DNA from: an uncultured Nitrososphaerota archaeon
Lineage (GTDB): Archaea; Korarchaeota; Korarchaeia; Korarchaeales; Korarchaeaceae
Length of the DNA: 23,844 nt
NCBI GenBank assembly: GCA_964618805.1
Contig: CAZUBM010000010.1
Coordinates: 1 to 23,844 of the forward strand
Reading direction: 5' to 3'
How positions within the stretch are numbered: the stretch's first letter is position 1; each line of letters begins with the position of its first letter. Made by a program: the position numbers and the translations under genes. The notes beneath the pieces were generated by a model. That model searched no databases, had not been told where the DNA came from, and worked only from the letters and a program-made list of their open reading frames with translations. Below, piece after piece: positions 18,315-23,844 of this stretch.

Positions 18315-18555
18315 GCCCCATCCCCCTCATGTCCTCCAGAACCTTCCTAACGGTTCTTGCCTCGTAAAGGCCGCGAACCCTCACCTCCTCCGGGTACAGG
18401 AGCTCTATGGCTATGGCGTCTAGGACGCTCCTCCCTCCCCTGGCCAGGCAGTCGAGGTGGACCCTTGCGATGCCGTCCAGCTCACCGTATGGCTTTAGAA
18501 GGACCAAGTTCGCCTCCTCCGGCTCGGTCCCAACGAAGCCCCTCCTTCTAAGCCC
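18298..18555 (-). pseudogene. 5'-truncated partner gene (probable antitoxin C-terminal part) of the nucleotidyltransferase
   Basis: Frame open from the right repeat (GLRRRGFVGTEPEEANLVLLKPY...LDCLARGGRSVLDAIAIELLY); overlaps the NTase start by 17 bp; same high GC. Confidence 0.5.
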
Positions 18556-18565
18556 TAGCGCGCGC

Positions 18566-18602
18566 TATAAACTTTCTTACTTCTCATAATATTATGAGAA
18601 GT
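18566..18602 (+). promoter_or_regulatory. TATA-like box followed by a perfect 24-bp palindromic operator
   Basis: TATAAA 18566-18571; ACTTCTCATAAT|ATTATGAGAAGT 18579-18602. Confidence 0.65.
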
Positions 18603-18635
18603 GTCAAACTGAAGATAAATTGGAGGAACAGCAAA

Positions 18636-18940
18636 ATGCGCAGCGTAGCGTGAAGCAGACAAAAATTATACAAATGTAAGACGACCTTTAAAGCGGGAAT
18701 GATATTAGGCTTCCTCTCTGCAAGGGGGGCTTGCTAAATACTTTGATGTCTCCTCTACGACCAGGGGGGGAGTGGCTGGCAGAGCTAGAGAGGGATGGGT
18801 TGATAGAAATAAGGCAATATGGCAAAATGAAAATCCCATTAGTCCCTGATAAAGGAGGTAAGAAAATACGACAGCTACAAGGTCTATTACAGGATGATAA
18901 AGGAATATGGCGCGCACTGATCCATAAGACGAGTGTTTAA
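18636..18940 (+). pseudogene. Decayed winged-helix regulator
   Basis: GGAGG plus ATG 18636, in-frame TGA 18651; MILGFLSARG, LAKYFDVSSTT and EWLAELERDGLIEIRQYGKMK lie in different frames that switch at poly-G tracts 18724-18729 and 18764-18770. Confidence 0.6.
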
Positions 18941-19122
18941 ACAGATATAAGATTTACACTGGTCCCGTCTTATAAGGGCCATCGCAATGGGTATTGCATT
19001 CCTATTACTGTAACCCAATTTATAGAACTAATTTATCAGATTTTTGGATATAAATAAGCGCTAAAATAGTGAAATAATAAAGGAGAAGTGCCCATATAGG
19101 AGTTCTAAATTAGGCAACCGAC

Positions 19123-19163
19123 TTTTATATACTACTTAATGGTATTACTAATTGGTATGACAA
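19123..19163 (+). promoter_or_regulatory. vapBC promoter with candidate RHH operator repeats
   Basis: TTTTATAT 19123-19130 followed by TGGTATTAC and TGGTATGAC before ATG 19164. Confidence 0.5.
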
Positions 19164-19394
19164 ATGGGTAAGATGATAACGGTTTCCGCCAAGATAAGCG
19201 AGGATCTTAAGAGAAAGATTGATGAGCTTGGGATAAGCCCTTCAGAAGTCATAAGAAGAGCCCTAGAGGAGGAAGTGAGGAGAAAAAGAAGGGAATTACT
19301 TAAGAAGAGGTTAGAGGAAGTGAGTTCTATTCTTTCAAAAGTTGAAAGGGAGGAGTGGATCAAGGCCATCAGGGAGGCCAGGGAGGAGAGGTAA
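19164..19394 (+). CDS. vapB: VapB-type antitoxin (ribbon-helix-helix)
   Basis: ITVSAKISEDLKRKIDELGISPSEVIRRALEEEV...WIKAIREAREER; TAATG overlap with the PIN gene. Confidence 0.9.
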   Translation: MGKMITVSAKISEDLKRKIDELGISPSEVIRRALEEEVRRKRRELLKKRLEEVSSILSKVEREEWIKAIREAREER

Positions 19395-19780
19395 TGCTCT
19401 TCGACGCCTCAGCCATAATTTCAATGTGTATGAAAAGAAAATTCGACGAGCTGTTGGATGGATGGACCATAGAACTAGCTATATATGAAGTGGGAAATGC
19501 CATATGGAAGCAAATATTCCTTAGGAGAGAGCTAAACTTAGATGAGGGATCGAGAGCGCTAAAGGGCATCCTAGATCTTATAAATGAAATGCGGATTTGG
19601 AAAATCGAGGACAAGATTAGTATCCTTAAAATCGCTGTCAATGAAGGAATAACGTACTATGACGCTTCTTACCTAGTGGCTGCTATCGAAGGGGGTTTTG
19701 CTCTTGTTACAGACGATAAAACGCTCTCTCAAGTTGCCAAAAATTACATTCAGACTATTTCAGTCGATGAATTGAGATGA
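19394..19780 (+). CDS. vapC: VapC-family PIN-domain toxin
   Basis: MLFDASAI, YEVGNAIWK, ITYYDASYL, LVTDD; start placed at ATG 19394 overlapping the antitoxin stop. Confidence 0.92.
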   Translation: MLFDASAIISMCMKRKFDELLDGWTIELAIYEVGNAIWKQIFLRRELNLDEGSRALKGILDLINEMRIWKIEDKISILKIAVNEGITYYDASYLVAAIEGGFALVTDDKTLSQVAKNYIQTISVDELR

Positions 19781-19960
19781 TGGTTAGAGAATTGGATACT
19801 TTTCCATTGGCTCTTATCTAATATTTACATGGCTGAAGCTAAGAGCCTCTAAGAGCAAGATTGAAGAACCCTATATCGAGCTTTTAGATTTTATGGAGGA
19901 TCTCGATCATAAAAAGTTAGGAGAATAGGGTTTTTGATTTAAGAATGGAGTTACATCTAG

Positions 19961-21094
19961 ATGGACGAGAAAGACTTGACTTCCTTCTGCAGGGCTTTAA
20001 TAGGCACTGAAAGTCCTTCTGGAGAGGAAGGAGAGGTTGCAAAGATCATTGCAGATGAGATGAATAAGCTAGGATTCGATAGAGTCGAGATCGATGGCGT
20101 CGGAAATGTTATAGGCATCATTGAAGGATATTCTGATTCCACAATAGTTTTTGACGGTCATATGGACACGGTAGGGCCAGGTAATCTAGATTCGTGGCAA
20201 GTGGATCCTTTTTCTGCTGAGATAATTGATGATTGGATCGTGGGCAGAGGAGCCGTTGACATGAAGGGTTCCATTGCTGCAATGATCTATTCCGCATCAA
20301 AGCTTAAAGAAGTGAGAAATAACCTGTATTATGTTTTTGTGGTGCATGAAGAGGACCAAGAAGGCTTTGGCATAAAGTATTTCCTAGAGGAGAGGAAAAT
20401 AAAGCCTGATCTTGTGGTATTAGGGGAAGCTACAGGACTTAAAGTGGCGGTAGGTCACAGAGGGAGGGTTGAATTGCTCCTTAAGATATACGGTCGTGCA
20501 TCCCACTCTAGCATGCCAGATCTTGGTGAAAATGCCCTTTTGGAAGGTTGCAGGGTTCTCTTGAAGATAAGAGAAAATCAATACACTCTTCCGAGCCACC
20601 CAGTCCTTGGAAGGGCTAGCATAGCTCCCGTTGCCATGAAATGCTCTCCTGGTAAGATTCCTGTGATCCCTGATTGTTGTGAGATTCTTCTGGATAGGAG
20701 AACCATCCCTGGTGAATCCAAAGAGGATATCATCAGCTGGCTGAAGGGTTTCGTCCAGAAAGGGGAGATTCAGGTCAGGAGGAAGCTCGTTAAGTGTTAT
20801 ACGGGATACAAGCAGGAAGTTGAGGGTTATTTTCCAGCCTGGTACATGAATGGACCCTTTGCAAGGAGAGTAGCTAAGCTATTGGGTACTGAAATCACCG
20901 TGTGGAGGTTTAGCACAGATGGAGCCTATACCGCTGGAGAGGCTGGGCTCAGGACGATAGGATACGGACCTGGGAATCAGGAACTAGCACATTGTCCAAA
21001 TGAAAGAATAAGCCTAAAAAACCTAATTAAAAGCGTTGATGGGTATGTAAAAATCGCTAATCTGGACATTATGTCGCTTTTCAGTGAAGATTAG
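19961..21094 (+). CDS. M20/M25/M40 family metallo-hydrolase (YgeY/ArgE/DapE-like)
   Basis: DGHMDTV, GRGAVDMKG, HEE, LGEAT, GHRGR, GRASHSS, STDG, GPG...AHCPNE. Confidence 0.92.
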   Translation: MDEKDLTSFCRALIGTESPSGEEGEVAKIIADEMNKLGFDRVEIDGVGNVIGIIEGYSDSTIVFDGHMDTVGPGNLDSWQVDPFSAEIIDDWIVGRGAVDMKGSIAAMIYSASKLKEVRNNLYYVFVVHEEDQEGFGIKYFLEERKIKPDLVVLGEATGLKVAVGHRGRVELLLKIYGRASHSSMPDLGENALLEGCRVLLKIRENQYTLPSHPVLGRASIAPVAMKCSPGKIPVIPDCCEILLDRRTIPGESKEDIISWLKGFVQKGEIQVRRKLVKCYTGYKQEVEGYFPAWYMNGPFARRVAKLLGTEITVWRFSTDGAYTAGEAGLRTIGYGPGNQELAHCPNERISLKNLIKSVDGYVKIANLDIMSLFSED

Positions 21095-21109
21095 CTTATC
21101 AAGTACCAT

Positions 21110-21121
21110 AAAGTTTAAGTA
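21110..21121 (+). promoter_or_regulatory. BRE/TATA box for the candidate ncRNA
   Basis: AAAG-TTTAAGTA centred about 26 bp before G21144, between two convergent CDSs. Confidence 0.6.
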
Positions 21122-21143
21122 TGGGTTTGTATGAAATTCACTT

Positions 21144-21300
21144 GATCCACGCGGGAGGAAGGGCCTTAAAACCTTAATGTGTTCAGATTATGCCAAGGAT
21201 CATTTGAATGTAGTTAACCCCTGGGGCCCCAAGGGTTGGGAAGGATAGGATTATAACGCAAAGACCTTTGCACTTGATCGCCCCTCAAACCGCGTGGATC
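21144..21300 (+). ncRNA. Candidate structured non-coding RNA (~157 nt), family not recognised
   Basis: Perfect 11-bp 5'/3' stem GATCCACGCGG/CCGCGTGGATC extended by GAG/CTC and GGGC/GCCC; three internal hairpins, two with G-U pairs; upstream TATA; downstream pyrimidine tract. Confidence 0.65.
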
Positions 21301-21307
21301 TTTCTCC

Positions 21308-22495
21308 TTATGAATCTCTTTTGATAAGGGGTAAAGATGCATTTATCGCCTCAAGATCATTCGATATCAAGATCATCGTACTTGCTTCACTGACGTGAAG
21401 GAAAACATATCTATCGATGCAGTACCACACTCCGGATGGTAGCCTATCCCCTCTTTTCTCCAGGAGTTCCTGAAAAGATCCTGCGAACTGGGTGGCATCT
21501 TGCTCAGAATCCCAAACTATGACCCATTCTACCATAAATGCGTCTTCATTCATGTAAAGCGTCAAGTTGTCACCGTTCCACCCTTTTGCTGCTTCTGCAG
21601 CCCTCTCCTCGGAAAGAGAGGTTGAAAGGATCGTGAGAATAAAGTGTTCTCCCATCCTATCGGACTTTGCCCTTTTCCACCCTCTCTCCTCTAAGGGAGG
21701 AGCATCTGGAACCACGAATCCCTCATATGCAAAGTATTTCTCAGGATGTAGTATCTGTTCTGTCGTATTAGGTGGGTTTTTCAGGGCGGAGTTCACCATA
21801 TCCCACCCACCAGCTTCAAACAAGCCTCTTACGAACGATCTTCCGTATTTGTAGGGAAAAAGCCAGACCTCCTCTATCGGGGAGTATGACATGTTGGATA
21901 GATCTCCTAATTGGATCCCAAAGTGGTAGAGAACGAACTTCTCTGCAGTTATCAATGCATCACCTTCTATCAAAGCGGATCTGGCCTGTCTTCCATCGTG
22001 GGTCGACCTTTCAGGGGGATTAAAGTGGTGACGCTGTATTATGTGAGTAATTTCGTGGGCCAATATCTCAAGGGCCTTGAGCTCGTCGCCTGGGTCAAAG
22101 AACTCCTTCGTAAGGTATACCTTATCCCCGACAGCTGCTGCCATGGTCGCTTTAAACTGGTTTATCCTTATCTCAGTAAGGTTAGCCTCAGAAGGGAGGA
22201 GGAATAGAGCCTTATAGATTATTTCTTCGTAAGAGATCTCTTCTCTTTGAGATTCTGCATATGGAAGGGCCCAATTCTCTTCTATCCAGGATGTCGTGAC
22301 GATCTCTATGCTGATATCAGTTTTGGGGCTAAGACCCCTGACTTCCCCTACCTCCTCTAGAACTACCTCCAGCTGATCCTGAGCCAGTTTAAAGTACTCT
22401 TTATCAGGTGATTTGAGCAAGGAGTAAGCTGCGAATGAAGCCATTACAACTAGAGCTGCTAAAAGGACTAGAAAAACTCTAATCTCCTTTCTCAT
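21308..22495 (-). CDS. Membrane-anchored HEXXH zincin-like surface protein (Hvo_1808-like)
   Basis: N-terminal hydrophobic anchor; EVRGL, LAHEITHIIQ, ALIEGDA, FPYKYG, PPNTTEQILHPEKY, AAKGWNGD, WDSEQDATQF. Confidence 0.85.
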   Translation of the reverse strand: MRKEIRVFLVLLAALVVMASFAAYSLLKSPDKEYFKLAQDQLEVVLEEVGEVRGLSPKTDISIEIVTTSWIEENWALPYAESQREEISYEEIIYKALFLLPSEANLTEIRINQFKATMAAAVGDKVYLTKEFFDPGDELKALEILAHEITHIIQRHHFNPPERSTHDGRQARSALIEGDALITAEKFVLYHFGIQLGDLSNMSYSPIEEVWLFPYKYGRSFVRGLFEAGGWDMVNSALKNPPNTTEQILHPEKYFAYEGFVVPDAPPLEERGWKRAKSDRMGEHFILTILSTSLSEERAAEAAKGWNGDNLTLYMNEDAFMVEWVIVWDSEQDATQFAGSFQELLEKRGDRLPSGVWYCIDRYVFLHVSEASTMILISNDLEAINASLPLIKRDS

Positions 22496-22511
22496 GAAGA
22501 GAACCTCTACA

Positions 22512-23675
22512 TTATGCCTTGATCTCTAATATATCGCCATCCTCTAAGAGGAAATCCTTTCCTACCCTCATTGGGGAGTAAGGAAGCCTTTCACTCCATA
22601 TTTTCGCGTATTTGAACGTTTTTACGAAGGATTTGTGTATTTTAGCAGCTGCATCAATGACCGTAGATCCCCTTTCCAATATCAGGGCCTTTTCATCCGG
22701 TTCTTTTCTTCCAAAAGGTTTGGTGAATACCCTAATGATTCCTAGCAATTCAAGGAGCTCCGTACCCAATTCTTCCGTATTCAGAGGGTTAGTTGGTGAA
22801 AATGGATAGACTTTGAGTTCAGGAAAAGCATCCTTAACCTTTAGAAATCCCTCTCTACCCTCTTCCAAGTCCGTCCTCGTGACGAAGACGAAGGTCGGTT
22901 TCCTTATCTTATCTCCGAAGACGGCTTCCTCCACATCTTCCATCGAAACAGTTCCCTCAATGTCTACGATCGCCTGCTTTATCCCGTATGACTCCAACAA
23001 CATCCTTATATCCGCTTCAGTTCCATCGATTACGCGCCCTTTCATCGAGATTATGATGGATGATACGCCTCTGCTTTTCCTAATAGTCACGCTCCCAGGG
23101 CTTCCCCCTATCGTTATTCCGTTTGCTTCTAAGAGGGAAATCATGTCAGAAACTGATTCAACAGGATTATCCGTCCCATCGACAACCAATGCAATGGCGT
23201 CGGCATTTCTAGCTAGTGCAAGGGCAATTTTCGTTGGCTTTGCATCGTAATCCTGAGGAATCAAAGGGGGAGTTTCTACAAACTGGATGAAAGTTCCCTT
23301 TATCCTCATAGCCCCCTCAAATGGATCGGAGGTTGTAAATGGATTTGGGGATATCCTTACCCTTGCATTCGTAAGCAACTTAAGGATTGTGCTCCTACCT
23401 GAATTCGTATATCCAAGTAGAACTATCTGCGCAGCTCCTTTCTTCTTTATGAATGGACCAACCCTTCTAGCCCTTTTTTCAGGCTTCTTCTTTTCAATCT
23501 CCCTCTTAAGCTCGGCTATCCTTCTTCTTATGAACTTCTCCAGCTTCTCGGTGCCCTTATGCTTAGGGATGAGCGAATAAAACTCTCTTAGCTTCTTTAT
23601 CTTCTCTTCAGGGGTTTTGGCCTGAGTATATTCCTCAAACTTCAATCTAGCTTGGGGAGGGAGGTTTGTGGGCAC
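22512..23675 (-). CDS. DRG/Rbg1-family OBG-class GTPase with TGS domain
   Basis: MPTNLP, IPKHKGTEKL, GAAQIVLLG, PFTT, ARNAD, IIRVFTK, IH...FKYAKIW, RVG...LEDGDILEI. Confidence 0.93.
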   Translation of the reverse strand: MPTNLPPQARLKFEEYTQAKTPEEKIKKLREFYSLIPKHKGTEKLEKFIRRRIAELKREIEKKKPEKRARRVGPFIKKKGAAQIVLLGYTNSGRSTILKLLTNARVRISPNPFTTSDPFEGAMRIKGTFIQFVETPPLIPQDYDAKPTKIALALARNADAIALVVDGTDNPVESVSDMISLLEANGITIGGSPGSVTIRKSRGVSSIIISMKGRVIDGTEADIRMLLESYGIKQAIVDIEGTVSMEDVEEAVFGDKIRKPTFVFVTRTDLEEGREGFLKVKDAFPELKVYPFSPTNPLNTEELGTELLELLGIIRVFTKPFGRKEPDEKALILERGSTVIDAAAKIHKSFVKTFKYAKIWSERLPYSPMRVGKDFLLEDGDILEIKA

Positions 23676-23676
23676 C

Positions 23677-23844
23677 TTACCTCCTCCTCTTTTTCTCCTT
23701 TAAGTTCGCAAGCTCACCCAGAGTGATTGATGGGGGAGGTCCTAATTGTTCGATCCCCCCTATGGATATTTCGGAGGTTCCTCTGATTATTATTTTTACG
23801 TCTAGGGTCTTTTCAAGGGCTCTAGCTACCTCATAACTCGGAAC
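23677..23844 (-). CDS. mbf1: Archaeal multiprotein bridging factor aMBF1, C-terminal part (runs off the window)
   Basis: Translated by hand: VPSYEVARALEKTLDVKII...SITLGELANLKEKKRRR*; HTH end plus TLG(D/E) motif; stop 1 bp before the DRG start. Confidence 0.85.
   Translation of the reverse strand, partial: VPSYEVARALEKTLDVKIIIRGTSEISIGGIEQLGPPPSITLGELANLKEKKRRR

Larger units (their letters stand above)
18048..18565. repeat. 10-bp direct repeats TAGCGCGCGC flanking a GC-rich segment
   Basis: Copies at 18048-18057 and 18556-18565; the right copy extends to a 12-bp palindrome TAGCGCGCGCTA. Confidence 0.75.

Noticed and set aside
18941-19110. Hydrophobic coding-like remnant (IRAIAMGIAFLLL)
   Set aside because: Interrupted by stops and too short to assign
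19355-19393. Longer VapC start at 19355
   Set aside because: Lies inside vapB; the TAATG coupling at 19392-19396 gives the normal PIN N-terminus
21164-21177. CCTTAAAACCTTAA as a telomerase-like template
   Set aside because: No reverse transcriptase or product repeat in the window; too short to distinguish from chance
21144-21300. RNase P RNA, SRP RNA or MITE identity for the structured element
   Set aside because: GAGGAAG resembles RNase P CR-I but P2/P3 and CR-V are missing; no SRP motif; no convincing target-site duplication, and strand-specific G-U pairs favour an RNA
333-23580. Numerous short antisense or nested ORFs in the track (e.g. 620-1018, 9175-9531, 16238-16687, 22813-23250)
   Set aside because: Shadows of well-supported genes with no motifs of their own
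1-23844. CRISPR array, transposase or integrase
   Set aside because: No regularly spaced 24-40 bp repeats and no such protein motifs seen

Overview
Archaeal chromosomal window. TATA/BRE promoters, an intron-containing tRNA without encoded CCA, aMBF1-DRG, AbrB-PhoU and an Mtd-like gene suggest a TACK lineage such as Bathyarchaeia (inference). Left third: three secreted/surface proteins around tRNA-Met(CAT), including a 1713-aa multidomain protein with a probable papain-like Cys-His-Asp domain. Middle: an accessory patchwork (PD-(D/E)XK nuclease, RelE, ArsR-type wHTH, truncated GH113-like gene), then an AbrB-PhoU regulator, a degenerate methylene-H4MPT dehydrogenase-like protein and a stand-alone A/V-ATPase subunit I, then toxin-antitoxin fragments bounded by TAGCGCGCGC repeats and an intact vapBC. 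Right end: M20 hydrolase, a candidate ~157-nt structured ncRNA with its own promoter, a HEXXH surface protein, a DRG/TGS GTPase and the 3' end of aMBF1. Best leads: the candidate ncRNA at 21144-21300 and the phoU/mtd-like/orphan atpI module. All family calls are by eye; no searches were run.
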